DNA from: a virus
Lineage: Duplodnaviria; Caudoviricetes
Strand: one strand, 5' to 3'
Length of the DNA: 64,000 nt
Virus record (IMG/VR): IMGVR_UViG_3300032312_002037
Location: 17,936 to 81,935 of that record
Under the pieces are notes generated by a model. That model was not told the DNA's origin. It was given only the letters and a program-made list of their open reading frames with translations, and ran no database searches. Shown one piece after another: positions 38,912 through 49,837 of the stretch (position 1 is the first letter of the stretch; each line of letters begins with the position of its first letter). The position numbers and the translations under genes are program-made.

Positions 38912-39259
38912 ATGAACTGTAACTATAGATATTGCAATAAAGAGATTATATGGGGTAGACCTGATAGAAAATTTTGCAACAAAAACTGCAAGTCTAAAGA
39001 AAACGCCATCACAAAAGAAGTAAAGGCTCTTAATCGAAGAAGTAAAAAAAGTAAAGATTTTGTTGAAAAGTCAAATATTAAACATAACTATAAGTATAAC
39101 TATGATTTAGTACTTTATGAAAATTGTAGAAGTAAAGTCAAAATAATATGTCCAGTTCACGGAGAATTTGAACAAACACCAAACGGGCACCTATATGCTG
39201 GCAGTGGTTGTGAAAAATGTGCCAGAGAAGCCAGAAGAAAAGAAACAATACCTGAATAA
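38912..39259 (+). CDS. Zinc-binding protein with DUF723-like module (endonuclease-associated, no nuclease domain)
   Basis: KFCNKNC and KVKIICPVHGEFEQTP...GCEKC. Confidence 0.6.
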   Translation: MNCNYRYCNKEIIWGRPDRKFCNKNCKSKENAITKEVKALNRRSKKSKDFVEKSNIKHNYKYNYDLVLYENCRSKVKIICPVHGEFEQTPNGHLYAGSGCEKCAREARRKETIPE

Positions 39260-39286
39260 TTTCATATAAAAAGAAAACAATTTTTA

Positions 39287-40411
39287 ATGAAAGTTTTTAT
39301 TACAACAGACTGGCACTTCGGAGTATATCTTAATAACTTAGACAAATGGTTAGATATGATGGAAGATTACTTCTACAACTCTTTTATTCCTTATATAAGA
39401 GAAAATGCTAAACCCGGTGATATTCTTATTCACTGTGGTGACTTATATGACAACAGAACATCTATTCCTATTATTGCTTCATATAAAGCTGAGAAGATTA
39501 TTTTAGAACTATCTCAGATACTACCGTTACACATTATTGTTGGTAATCACGACCTATGGAACAAAGGATCGAATGATATTAACTCTGTTAGATTATTCAA
39601 TCATGTTAATAATGTAAATGTTTACACAGAAACAACTACAATTGAAGTGGATGGTCAGAAATTAGTTTTAATGCCTTGGGTTGAAAAAAGATTAGATATG
39701 ATTAAAGAAATCACTAACAATCAAGGTGACTATTTATTCTGTCACTCTGACTTAAATGGTTGTAGAATGCACTTAAACTCGGTAGCTCATAGAAATGCGG
39801 ATAAGATTGATGTTGATGAATTTAGAAAATATAAACACGTTTTTAGTGGACATATTCATATTCGTCAAACAAATGAAAATTTCTCGTTTATAGGCTCTCC
39901 ATATCAAATGGATAGAAATGATATGGGAGACCAAAAAGGTATCACCATACTCGACCTAAATAGTGATAAAATCGATTTTGCACCTAACACATACTCTCCA
40001 ATTTTTAGAAAGTTTAGAGTTGCTAATGAAGAAGATATTGATAAGTTAGATGAGTTAAGAGGAACTAAAGATTATATCGATTTAGCTATTTCAAATAATC
40101 TTTTAATTAACAATAGAAAGCTTCGTAGAAAGTTAGAAGTTATGTTAGAGAAAGGCAACTTTGCTTCTGTGGAGTATATTGATGATATTACTAAAGACTT
40201 AGTAGATGGTGAAGAAGTAAATGAATCCAATGAGGTTGAATTTGATGAGAACGGAATAGAAATATCAGTTCAATTGGAATATGAAGATTATATCAAAGAG
40301 TACATCTTAAAACAATCTTATGATAATGATAAATTCAAATCAGGTATTGTAAATGAGTTTGATGAAGTTATTAAGATATACAATGAAAATTATAAAGTCA
40401 AAGCTGACTAA
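39287..40411 (+). CDS. gp47: Recombination nuclease subunit, gp47/SbcD/Mre11-like
   Basis: TDWHFG, GDLYDNR, GNHD, SGHIH and IGSPYQ. Confidence 0.85.
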   Translation: MKVFITTDWHFGVYLNNLDKWLDMMEDYFYNSFIPYIRENAKPGDILIHCGDLYDNRTSIPIIASYKAEKIILELSQILPLHIIVGNHDLWNKGSNDINSVRLFNHVNNVNVYTETTTIEVDGQKLVLMPWVEKRLDMIKEITNNQGDYLFCHSDLNGCRMHLNSVAHRNADKIDVDEFRKYKHVFSGHIHIRQTNENFSFIGSPYQMDRNDMGDQKGITILDLNSDKIDFAPNTYSPIFRKFRVANEEDIDKLDELRGTKDYIDLAISNNLLINNRKLRRKLEVMLEKGNFASVEYIDDITKDLVDGEEVNESNEVEFDENGIEISVQLEYEDYIKEYILKQSYDNDKFKSGIVNEFDEVIKIYNENYKVKAD

Positions 40412-40426
40412 AACAAAAATCCATCT

Positions 40427-40696
40427 TTAAGATGGATTTTTTATTAACTTTATTTTCAAATCATTTGTTCCTTTTATCAATCGATGATAAACACCCATTG
40501 GTATAAATACTTTTTCATTTATTTCTTTAGGTAATTCATTATCAATTTGAATTAACCAATCTGTTTCACAGATAGATTCAATTATTCTATCTTCTCTATC
40601 ACGATGCCAAATAAATTCACCAGAATCAGTATCTTGACTGAATACTCTGATAAATTCATTATCACTTAATTTAGTTTCTTGAAACGGAAGTATCAT
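40427..40696 (-). CDS. Small cupin-like protein
   Basis: IWHRDREDR and FIPMGVYHRLIKG. ATG at 40696. Confidence 0.55.
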   Translation of the reverse strand: MILPFQETKLSDNEFIRVFSQDTDSGEFIWHRDREDRIIESICETDWLIQIDNELPKEINEKVFIPMGVYHRLIKGTNDLKIKLIKNPS

Positions 40697-40697
40697 A

Positions 40698-41504
40698 TTA
40701 GTCAATTTTGAATTTTGTTTTATTCAACATATCTATGATATAATCTACATATTGTTCAGCTGTAAACTTTTTACCATATTGAGATTTTAATTTCTGAAAC
40801 TGGTCATTTACTTTATTTGCAACCATTAAACCAAAACTATTTTTGTCACTACCTTTTGCAGTATCTATTCCAAAATCATAAGCTCTTTTTTTAGTTTGGA
40901 TACCTGTTTTCTTCAACCAATTATTATATACTTCTAATACTTTACTTTTATCCTCATCTTTATACCAATAAAACTTTAAATGGTCATTATCTTCTATAAA
41001 ATGTTTAGCATCATATCCACACTTGAAAGAAATTGCGGAGTTTTTTAATTCACCTTCTGTACAAGCCTTATAAAAATCACTTATAAGAGTTGCAAGTCCA
41101 TTGAACCATTTCTTCAAATTGTCTTCACTTTTCTCAAACGTTATATAAAGGTTTTTTGTTATCTCTTTATCACCTTTTACTTCTTTTTGTTTAAGACTTG
41201 AATTATAATTTACACCAAACCACTCATTTTGTACATCCTGTCCAATTTTCATTACACCACTTTTGTACTTAAATAAGTATTCGTCCAGTATTTTTTTCCA
41301 ATTAGGAGATAACTTTTGAATAAAATTATTAAGTTCTGTATGTTCTTCTTTTCCTCGAATTATATTTTGATATATCCAAGAAGAAAAATCCATATCATTG
41401 CCATCTAAACTACTATTTATATAATCAATTAGTTTTTTTCTTCTCTCATCACTGATTGTAAAGAATGTGTTTTCAAAAATTTTATATGATTTTAAATGTT
41501 TCAT
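40698..41504 (-). CDS. Protein with MKHLKSYKIFEN leader; possible HopA1-like fold
   Basis: NLYITF...SFKC...DHLKFY...SFGLMVA motif order. Confidence 0.45.
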   Translation of the reverse strand: MKHLKSYKIFENTFFTISDERRKKLIDYINSSLDGNDMDFSSWIYQNIIRGKEEHTELNNFIQKLSPNWKKILDEYLFKYKSGVMKIGQDVQNEWFGVNYNSSLKQKEVKGDKEITKNLYITFEKSEDNLKKWFNGLATLISDFYKACTEGELKNSAISFKCGYDAKHFIEDNDHLKFYWYKDEDKSKVLEVYNNWLKKTGIQTKKRAYDFGIDTAKGSDKNSFGLMVANKVNDQFQKLKSQYGKKFTAEQYVDYIIDMLNKTKFKID

Positions 41505-41552
41505 TATATTATGTTATTTTTATATGTCTTTAGATATCTCATATTCTATATA

Positions 41553-42314
41553 TTACCAGAATCCCGGATAAGTTTTCCCACCCCAAAGGTGTCCATATTT
41601 ATTAATTCTACAAGCCCAATATCCAGCTTTAGTTTTATCTTTCTTCATATCACAGTTATGTCTAGCAGCAAATGACTTTCTTGCTTTAGGATTACTAACT
41701 TTAGCTGTTAACCCACCATGAACATCACCAAATGCTATCTTTTTAACCTTACCTGTTTTAGGATTCTTAACATAAACTTGATACTTTTTAGAACCACCAC
41801 GCATTGGATAGTTTAATTTAACTTCTTTATTATGGTATTTGGCTTCAAATACATAAGCATCTTGACCATCATCATATTTACACTTACAAGGTTGACCATC
41901 AAACTCACCTTCGAATGTGGTACAAGAAGCCTCTTTGTTTTTAGTCCAAGCCAATGGTTTGATATTTGTAACTTTTTTACCCATAACCTCATAATTAAAA
42001 TCAGGAGTTACATCATGTATAGAAAATGCGGGTTGATTTGTCTCAACAACAAATTCCATTGGTAAATCTAAAGGAACCAATTCACCATTGTAGATTCCAA
42101 ACTTACCAATATCAGTTGATTCGTATAGTTCTTTATCAACATCACATAAATTAACTCTACCTAAGTCAAATAGTTCTCTAGCTTCTTTGATTACTTCATA
42201 GAAAGCCTCTGAACCCGGTCTGAATATATTTTCAGTAATAGGTTTATTATTCTCTAAGTGATATTTAAGAGATTCTGAAACATTTACAGATTCTGTGAAT
42301 TTAATAATTTTCAT
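41553..42314 (-). CDS. Protein with MKIIKFTES leader and C-terminal DUF6321-like basic Cys/His domain
   Basis: EAKYHNKEVKLN, VYVKNPKTGKVKKIAFG and SFAARHNC...AGYWAC. Confidence 0.6.
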   Translation of the reverse strand: MKIIKFTESVNVSESLKYHLENNKPITENIFRPGSEAFYEVIKEARELFDLGRVNLCDVDKELYESTDIGKFGIYNGELVPLDLPMEFVVETNQPAFSIHDVTPDFNYEVMGKKVTNIKPLAWTKNKEASCTTFEGEFDGQPCKCKYDDGQDAYVFEAKYHNKEVKLNYPMRGGSKKYQVYVKNPKTGKVKKIAFGDVHGGLTAKVSNPKARKSFAARHNCDMKKDKTKAGYWACRINKYGHLWGGKTYPGFW

Positions 42315-42327
42315 AAATTATATTTTT

Positions 42328-42750
42328 TTATTGTCCAAGAGAGTTGATAAAGTCAGCCATATTCATAACTTTAACATCAGTCTCTGGATTTGTTTCTTCA
42401 ACTTCTTCACCACAAGTGCAGTCTTGACAACCGCAACCGCAACCTTGTTCTTGTTCAACTTGATTTCTCATATGATTTGCTGTATGAGATGCTTCAGGAC
42501 CACCTAAAAGTGTTTGTTCTTTATCTTCTGGTCTAACTTCAACCTCAACCTCGATTGTAAAGTTTTCAAATTTTTTAACTTTTATTAGTTTATCAAATTC
42601 TTTTTTAACCTTTTCTTGGTCTTCCTGTACATCAGTTGTAAATGATGGTCTCTCATCTTTATCTACTAAAACTTCAGCATTAAAAAGAACTTCTTGGTCT
42701 TCAACCTTTTCATCCTTTTTTGTTTCATTGAATTTTTTAATGTGTTTCAT
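42328..42750 (-). CDS. Acidic protein with MKHIKKFNE leader and Cys cluster
   Basis: GCGCGCQDCTCG near the C-terminus. Confidence 0.65.
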   Translation of the reverse strand: MKHIKKFNETKKDEKVEDQEVLFNAEVLVDKDERPSFTTDVQEDQEKVKKEFDKLIKVKKFENFTIEVEVEVRPEDKEQTLLGGPEASHTANHMRNQVEQEQGCGCGCQDCTCGEEVEETNPETDVKVMNMADFINSLGQ

Positions 42751-42839
42751 AATTTGTTAGTTATTTTAATACTGTATATATTAAAATCACTTACTAAGAA
42801 AAGATAAATTAATATATATGTAAAAGTTTATAATAATAG

Positions 42840-45800
42840 ATGTCAAATCATAAGAACTTATTATTTTTCAATAAAGAAGGAGATAATTTAAATTTTAGTT
42901 ATAGTGAAGCAAACGATAGATTTGAGGGTAATATTCTTTTCCATGAAAATTCAAACGATACATTTAAGACAGCTGGTCTATACACATTAGAGAAAATTCC
43001 TTCTTTTGAGTTTGAATATCCAGGCGAAATGACTTTGAATAAGTTTCAACTATTCAATGAGTTTGGATTTGACTTTTATGCAGGTAACTATACAACACAA
43101 TCTATAACCAAAGTAGAACCTATAAATAATGACCCTGGCTTTTATTCAAAATGGATATACGGAACTCTTTTAGATAGGTCTTTTCCAATAGGAACAATTA
43201 TAAGATTTGATTCACCTCTTTTGGAGTTTACCAATCCTTTACAAACATATACTGTTGTTAGTACAAAGAAAGGTGCTATTATGATTATATCATCGGTTGA
43301 TAATGCTACATTTGAAACTAACTTTCTTAATCAATACATATATGATAATACATATGTAGGCAAGTCTATATCAGGAGTAAATGCTATTGGTGTTTATAAC
43401 TATATTGATGATTTATATAAGAACAAACTATCAGTTTGGAACGAGCCAAACTTTTATGATAAACTTTACAAGAAAAAGAAATTAAATGTTGTTAATAGTA
43501 ATAACAATAATAGTATTTTTACAGTTAAAGAAAATGAGATAACCGATACTAAATTTTTCGAATACTATACTTCAACATCAGATATATCAAACGGGGAATT
43601 AATAATTGAGGTTTTAACAAAAACAGATTTGCCAAAAATATATGATGGTTCATTAACATTAAAATATACTGCGGCATCATTTTCAGCTCCAGAGTTAAAT
43701 AGAATATCATTTGGTAGTATAGTACCAGTTATTTTGAAACCAGGTAGAGAGTTTAAGATAATTGGCTCTAATAATAATCAAAACTTTTTTACAGTTGCTA
43801 ATATTCCATCATTTATTGGAAATACACAACAAACTTTTTATGCTACTCAATCTCAAGTAATGTATGAGAATGTAATATACGAATGTATTCAAGCTTATAC
43901 ACAAAGTTTTGCTAATACATCTACGCAGTTTGTAACACCAAATACAAATACAAATTACTGGACAAATATTATTTCTTATATTCCTGTTGACCAACAAATA
44001 ACAACAGAGTCTTTATTAAGTTGTCAAGTATATTTAACAACTGATAAACTGTATTTTCAATATGGCTGGACTCAAAGTAATGAAGTAACATTAGCATCAG
44101 CTGCACAGAAATATGCAAATGACTTAAAAGTTTTTAACGTAGAATTATATTATGAAGAAAGTAAATTAAAAGCAGACTTAATGTATCCATCTAAATATGT
44201 GGAAGTTAATTTTTATCAAACATCTATTGGTCCTACATACTCAGTTACTAAAACCAATGAAACATATGAAAGACTTATTCAAGTAGTAGAACCGATAACA
44301 AAAGAATTAAATTATAATTTTTCCGAAAACTTCTCATTAAATATAGTCTTTACTGACTTAGATGAATATGGATTCAAAATTAAATTAAACAAACAAGTAT
44401 TTGAAGAAGAAATTGCTTGGATATATAGCGGTGCTTCTCCAGATATGCAAAGAACCATTGATAGAACTTTAAGAGCTTGGCTAACAAGAAATTATGTAAG
44501 TCTTCAAAAGTTAGGTATTATAGCGGAACTACAATATGTTGGATCTTTTGCTTCTCCTTTTTATAATTCTATTAAATTAAGAACGGATTATCCAAACGTT
44601 GAATTCAACTTAAACGAAGTTCTAGTTGGAACAACTGCTGATTATTATATTGAACACTCAAGAGTTTTATTTAATGATATGGGTAATTATTTATCATTAA
44701 CAATAAATAATGATACATATGACCAAGAAACAATTTATTTAACAGGTACTTACTCACAATATCCTGACATACCAGCTACATTACAAGCTTGGGTAGATGA
44801 ACATGGTGATTACTTGAATAGTTTTGGAATTTTAGTATCAAATATTAATAACTTGCTAAAATTCAATGTTAAAAGAGTTGATAGAAGATTAGACTATTCA
44901 ATAAGCACCGGTAAAAGTACTTTACCTGGTATTAATGATTATATCATAACTGAAAAGATTAAAGGAAACTTAGGTGTTTTAATAGCATCAAATGAAGTTA
45001 ATTTATCTTCCACTGCTACCGACAACTATTCATTTGAAGATGCTGGTTTTGCAACTGGAATGGCATTTTCAGTAAATAATACTTTTCATACTTGGAACAA
45101 TCAAGAATATAACATAACAAATCTTGATGGAGGTTTAATGAATTTAAGTTATCAAGGACCATTCTGGGCTACTAATAACGCAATTTGTAACACTTCACCA
45201 TTTATCACTTTAGCATTTGAAGTTGGATTTGGTCAAACTGGATGTGGACCAATAGTTGGACCAACTGGTGGTAGTGCATCCGGTGGACCGTTCAATGTTG
45301 AACAATTTAGTTCAGCATTTAGTTTAACATATAATTTAAATAGTTACAATGTAAATAATTACACATTATCATCATCAACTTCTAATAATTTAGTAGACAT
45401 ACTTTATGTTCAATTATCAAACTCATTATATACACTTGGTGATGGATTGACTGTTTTAGATTCTTATTTGGGTAACGAAATAGCTACTATAACTTTACCA
45501 GGAAATACTCAAAGTATAGCTATGAGATTTAATGGTGTAAATAATTACTTATATTGCTTATCAAGAAATAAAGTATATGTAGTTGATCCGCTTCTAAATA
45601 CAGTTGTTACTCATTGGACACTAGCAAATAATGCAGTGGATATGCAAATAAACACAGCTAATGGTGATATTTATATTTCGTTTAGTAATATAGCTAGAAT
45701 TGAAATATACAATACAAGTAATATTTTAGCAACAACCCCACTAACAATATCATCTACTAACTTTCCGGTCGATGCTACATCAACAGGAACAATGATTTTT

Positions 45801-48665
45801 AATGAATTTGAAAGCAGGATGTATGTTATAACTAACTCAAATATAGGGTCTGTTTTAAGAATTCTTGGTTCAACAAGAACTATACAAACAACATTTGGCG
45901 TTCCAGGTGCGACTGGTACAATTTTTTACGAACCGGTTAATGAATCTGTTTATGTATATGGTTCAGCCTCATTGTGGAAAATAGATAATAGTGTTACCGT
46001 TGCTATACCAAATGTATTAGCGGCTGGATTTCAAGATATTATTTATAATAACTTATCAGGTAATGTTAATATATCCGATTCATCTTCTTCATTCAAAGCT
46101 TTAGATTTAACAACTAATGCGGTAGCTGTAGACTCAGCTGTTGGTAACTATGGTTATTTAGCACTAAGCCAATTTGATGGAGCTATTTATTTATCATCAA
46201 AGACATCAAACACAATACTAGTTATTAATCCAGTGGGTGGAAATGTTGTTCATACCGAAGTACTATCTGCTGGTTCAGATAGAATAATATACAATCCAGA
46301 TAGAAAGTCGATATGGACTATACAACCATCTACTAAGTCCGTATTGGAAGTAGAAGTATCATTAAATAGTATAATAACACCAGAAGTTATAAGTAGTGAG
46401 GTATCAGAAGATAACTTATACGGAACTTTGGACCCAAACTATGTACCACATCCAGACTTATGGTTAAAAACTAAAGAATATTTAAGAAAACCAAGAGAAA
46501 ATTTCAACAATGAAGTACCTGTCATTTATTATTTCAGATGGTACTCTGATATATCTCCTGAATTTTTCATATATGATTTTTCAGGAACTCAATTACCAAC
46601 AGGCACCAGTTATTCATATACTGGACCCAAACCTTTACCAACAGCAGTTTTAAATACTAAGCCAAATAAAGATTTGACTAAGTTAAACGCGCCAGAATAT
46701 CAACAAACGATATTCGATACTGTTTCTCACACTTTAAGTTACATCGATGATGAGAATGATATATCAACCGCGCCAGAAGCATTAGAATTATTTCTAGGAT
46801 TTAGAGCAGATGAAGAAGGCTCAATAAGATCTATTTTACAACTTTATAAAAAAGAAGATATTTTCTTAACATTTGATTCAACATCAATAAATAATTCTCA
46901 AATATCATTTGAAACACTTGACGCATTTGAAACAGATAAAAGAGGTCTTATAAAACTAAATACTAACTCACCTTATGAATTTACGAATAATGGATTAAAA
47001 GAAGGTCAGATTATAGCAATCTATGTAAAAGATATAACAAATAAGAGAAAACAATATATTTCAGATAACAATGGTACACTTGTTAAGATTAGAAATATAT
47101 TTTATAAAAGTATTATTGTCGATTTTATAAGCACAGATGATTATTTATTTCAGGAAAGTACGGTTATATCTGATTATCCAGCTACAGGAAATACAACTTA
47201 TTGTAGAGTTGATATTAACGTGGTTGATAGAGAAATTGGTAGATTCACAACTTATGGACAAACTGAAATTGAGGACATAAGATTTAAAACAGAATTGGGT
47301 AATGTTGGTAAATTAGTAGCACCTAACGAAGTATTTATTTTCAAAGATTATGATATATTAGAGGGTGGTATTGATTGGACTTATCTTAATAAGAAAAGAA
47401 AAGAAATGTTGATGATGAAGCACTTGATATATCCTTATATTGGTGCTTATAAATCAATAATTAATGCTATTAATTTCTTTGGTTATAATGATTTACAACT
47501 AAATGAATACTATAGAAATATTAATCCACAATCTGAGAAGTTCTTAAAATTATTTAAGATGGAAATTCCAGATATATTTGACAACACTGTAGAGGGATGG
47601 ACAGAAAGTGAATTTGTGAAAAACAACTTCCCTAATAATGATTACGAAGAAACTAATATGTTTAATTTAACATATAACATCACAGATATAGATGGTAATA
47701 TAGTCATAAACTATTCAATAGATGAGATAATTATTAAATTACAAGGTCTTAAATACTGGTTAAAAAGAAATATAATACCTTTAACTCATAAGATATTAGA
47801 TATAACAGGAAAGGGGTATTTTAACTCACAAACTCAAATACAACACACATCATATGATATTCAAATATTCAATATTAAACAGAATATGACACCTATATCA
47901 TTTAAGTTAAATGAAGCTTATCTAATGCCTATTAATAGTGGATCAACTGTTTATAATTGTGTAATTGATTTTTATACAATACTAGATAAAGTAGGCGCGG
48001 ATAAAAATCCAACGGGATTAGTAACACCACCTAAACCATTTAATGGTGTTGATTTAGAGTTACCAGATTATTTTGATATAACTATAAGAACCTATAAAAC
48101 ATATAAAGAGTGGTTTCCATTCACAACATATAACAAAGGTGACAAAATAAGTTATTTTGGTAAGATATATGAGTCACAAATTGATAGTAATAAAATTCAT
48201 AATCCTAGAAAGTATGAAAACATAACAACTTGGATATCTGGAGCTTCATACTCAGTTGCAAATACTGTAGAGTACAATAGAGATGTGTTTGTCTATAGCG
48301 GTCTAGGATTAACAAATTCTGTTGCTCCAATAATAGACACTCAAAACTGGTTAAAGATAACCGAGTGGAAAGAAATTAACTACGAGCCGGTGCAAACAAT
48401 TAAAGAGTTTAGACAAGTTCCTAGACCAGTTGTTCAATCAACAACATCTATGTTACCACCACCAAATCCTATATTACCTTTCAACTTTACAATTGATTCT
48501 AATATAGATCCATTTATCGTTATTGAAGTAACAACAGATAATGGTTATGGTTTAATTTATAGAGATAAAAAAAATTATGAAATTAGAGGTCTTAAAGATT
48601 TAAGAGAACCCGTTTCATATATTGACCTAATAGGTCCATTTCAACCAATTACCCCTATTTACTAA
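42840..48665 (+). CDS. 1941-aa baseplate-wedge-like structural protein with beta-propeller and carbohydrate-binding-like modules
   Basis: YVTN-like repeats in the middle, YIGAYKSIINAINFFGY (wedge-type segment), and Wxxx(T/S)YxxGDxV.Y CBM-like motifs. Confidence 0.55.
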   Translation: MSNHKNLLFFNKEGDNLNFSYSEANDRFEGNILFHENSNDTFKTAGLYTLEKIPSFEFEYPGEMTLNKFQLFNEFGFDFYAGNYTTQSITKVEPINNDPGFYSKWIYGTLLDRSFPIGTIIRFDSPLLEFTNPLQTYTVVSTKKGAIMIISSVDNATFETNFLNQYIYDNTYVGKSISGVNAIGVYNYIDDLYKNKLSVWNEPNFYDKLYKKKKLNVVNSNNNNSIFTVKENEITDTKFFEYYTSTSDISNGELIIEVLTKTDLPKIYDGSLTLKYTAASFSAPELNRISFGSIVPVILKPGREFKIIGSNNNQNFFTVANIPSFIGNTQQTFYATQSQVMYENVIYECIQAYTQSFANTSTQFVTPNTNTNYWTNIISYIPVDQQITTESLLSCQVYLTTDKLYFQYGWTQSNEVTLASAAQKYANDLKVFNVELYYEESKLKADLMYPSKYVEVNFYQTSIGPTYSVTKTNETYERLIQVVEPITKELNYNFSENFSLNIVFTDLDEYGFKIKLNKQVFEEEIAWIYSGASPDMQRTIDRTLRAWLTRNYVSLQKLGIIAELQYVGSFASPFYNSIKLRTDYPNVEFNLNEVLVGTTADYYIEHSRVLFNDMGNYLSLTINNDTYDQETIYLTGTYSQYPDIPATLQAWVDEHGDYLNSFGILVSNINNLLKFNVKRVDRRLDYSISTGKSTLPGINDYIITEKIKGNLGVLIASNEVNLSSTATDNYSFEDAGFATGMAFSVNNTFHTWNNQEYNITNLDGGLMNLSYQGPFWATNNAICNTSPFITLAFEVGFGQTGCGPIVGPTGGSASGGPFNVEQFSSAFSLTYNLNSYNVNNYTLSSSTSNNLVDILYVQLSNSLYTLGDGLTVLDSYLGNEIATITLPGNTQSIAMRFNGVNNYLYCLSRNKVYVVDPLLNTVVTHWTLANNAVDMQINTANGDIYISFSNIARIEIYNTSNILATTPLTISSTNFPVDATSTGTMIFNEFESRMYVITNSNIGSVLRILGSTRTIQTTFGVPGATGTIFYEPVNESVYVYGSASLWKIDNSVTVAIPNVLAAGFQDIIYNNLSGNVNISDSSSSFKALDLTTNAVAVDSAVGNYGYLALSQFDGAIYLSSKTSNTILVINPVGGNVVHTEVLSAGSDRIIYNPDRKSIWTIQPSTKSVLEVEVSLNSIITPEVISSEVSEDNLYGTLDPNYVPHPDLWLKTKEYLRKPRENFNNEVPVIYYFRWYSDISPEFFIYDFSGTQLPTGTSYSYTGPKPLPTAVLNTKPNKDLTKLNAPEYQQTIFDTVSHTLSYIDDENDISTAPEALELFLGFRADEEGSIRSILQLYKKEDIFLTFDSTSINNSQISFETLDAFETDKRGLIKLNTNSPYEFTNNGLKEGQIIAIYVKDITNKRKQYISDNNGTLVKIRNIFYKSIIVDFISTDDYLFQESTVISDYPATGNTTYCRVDINVVDREIGRFTTYGQTEIEDIRFKTELGNVGKLVAPNEVFIFKDYDILEGGIDWTYLNKKRKEMLMMKHLIYPYIGAYKSIINAINFFGYNDLQLNEYYRNINPQSEKFLKLFKMEIPDIFDNTVEGWTESEFVKNNFPNNDYEETNMFNLTYNITDIDGNIVINYSIDEIIIKLQGLKYWLKRNIIPLTHKILDITGKGYFNSQTQIQHTSYDIQIFNIKQNMTPISFKLNEAYLMPINSGSTVYNCVIDFYTILDKVGADKNPTGLVTPPKPFNGVDLELPDYFDITIRTYKTYKEWFPFTTYNKGDKISYFGKIYESQIDSNKIHNPRKYENITTWISGASYSVANTVEYNRDVFVYSGLGLTNSVAPIIDTQNWLKITEWKEINYEPVQTIKEFRQVPRPVVQSTTSMLPPPNPILPFNFTIDSNIDPFIVIEVTTDNGYGLIYRDKKNYEIRGLKDLREPVSYIDLIGPFQPITPIY

Positions 48666-48717
48666 AAATAAAAAAACCTCTGTGAAAACAGAGGTTTTAA
48701 TTTTTATATTAAGTTAA

Positions 48718-49383
48718 CTATTCAGTAACTTCTTTTTCTTTCTTAGACTTTTTAACAGGAGCAGAATCTACTTCAACACCATCTTCAAATGTAAGAACCC
48801 AATTTTGAATATCAGTTGAAAGATTTTTATGAGTAGCGTCATAAAAGTTAATGATTTTACTAATACTACCAATTCTATAAAGAATTTGAGAGAAAGTATA
48901 AGCATCTTTAGATAAACCTTTTACTTTATGTTTAGAGATTAAGTGATAAATGTAAGTAATTTCAGTTGCATTTACATCAAAAGAAACTAAAGATTGGTCA
49001 TCAGTATATTTAGCACCTTTCATACCACCAATCATATCAGTTAATTCAATAGCAAAGAATACAGTGTTAACATCATATTCCATTTTAGTAAGAATTAAAT
49101 CAGTTAAAAATTTATGTTGAGGTCTATTCAAGTAAAAGTTATACTTAGCAGTTTTAAGAGCTGATGAATAACCATGCCATAATTTTTGAGCATTTTGGTA
49201 TAATTCGTCTTTTTCTTGCTCAGTTTTTCCTTTACCTGAGTTATTTTTCATATAATCCTCAATATCTTTGATTTTAGAATCTAAGTTAGATTCTTCTTGA
49301 AAACTTATAATTAAATTATTTAATTCATTTTCAAAAAATGATACAGATGGTTTAACTACTCTTGTTTCAATGTTATTTTCCAT
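48718..49383 (-). CDS. Hypothetical protein
   Basis: 221-aa ORF in an operon. Confidence 0.65.
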   Translation of the reverse strand: MENNIETRVVKPSVSFFENELNNLIISFQEESNLDSKIKDIEDYMKNNSGKGKTEQEKDELYQNAQKLWHGYSSALKTAKYNFYLNRPQHKFLTDLILTKMEYDVNTVFFAIELTDMIGGMKGAKYTDDQSLVSFDVNATEITYIYHLISKHKVKGLSKDAYTFSQILYRIGSISKIINFYDATHKNLSTDIQNWVLTFEDGVEVDSAPVKKSKKEKEVTE

Positions 49384-49405
49384 ATTAATATTTTATTTTT
49401 TATTT

Positions 49406-49837
49406 TTAAGCTATAAATTCTTCGTCAGCTTTACCGTCTTTCTTTTGCTCATTATAAAGTTCTTCAACCTTATTAGCACGAGCTACTTTTTCAACACCAT
49501 ATTTATTTACAATAGCCGAGAAAGTATTTAAGTCAGTTCTGATTAATTTGATTTTTCCAGTTTCAATATTCATTGTTACTTTATCAATCTCTTGTTCAAT
49601 TAAGATTGTAATTGACTCATCGTCAAAAACACTCATTAAGTCATCATTAATAGAAATTAAAATTTCTTTTTTAAGAAGAAATGCGTATTGGTCAGCAATC
49701 TTTGAAATTTTGATTAGCTCTTTTTGTTTTTCACATCCAATAAACTGGAAGCCGATAGCTACTGGGAAAGTTTTTTTGTTGAAGACTTCATAAAATCTTG
49801 CGATTGCGTCTTCTGATACCTCATAAAATTTATCCAT
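49406..49837 (-). CDS. Hypothetical protein, possibly a degenerate phage metallopeptidase-like domain
   Basis: ILISIN...ILIEQEID sits where HExxH would be expected. Confidence 0.4.
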   Translation of the reverse strand: MDKFYEVSEDAIARFYEVFNKKTFPVAIGFQFIGCEKQKELIKISKIADQYAFLLKKEILISINDDLMSVFDDESITILIEQEIDKVTMNIETGKIKLIRTDLNTFSAIVNKYGVEKVARANKVEELYNEQKKDGKADEEFIA

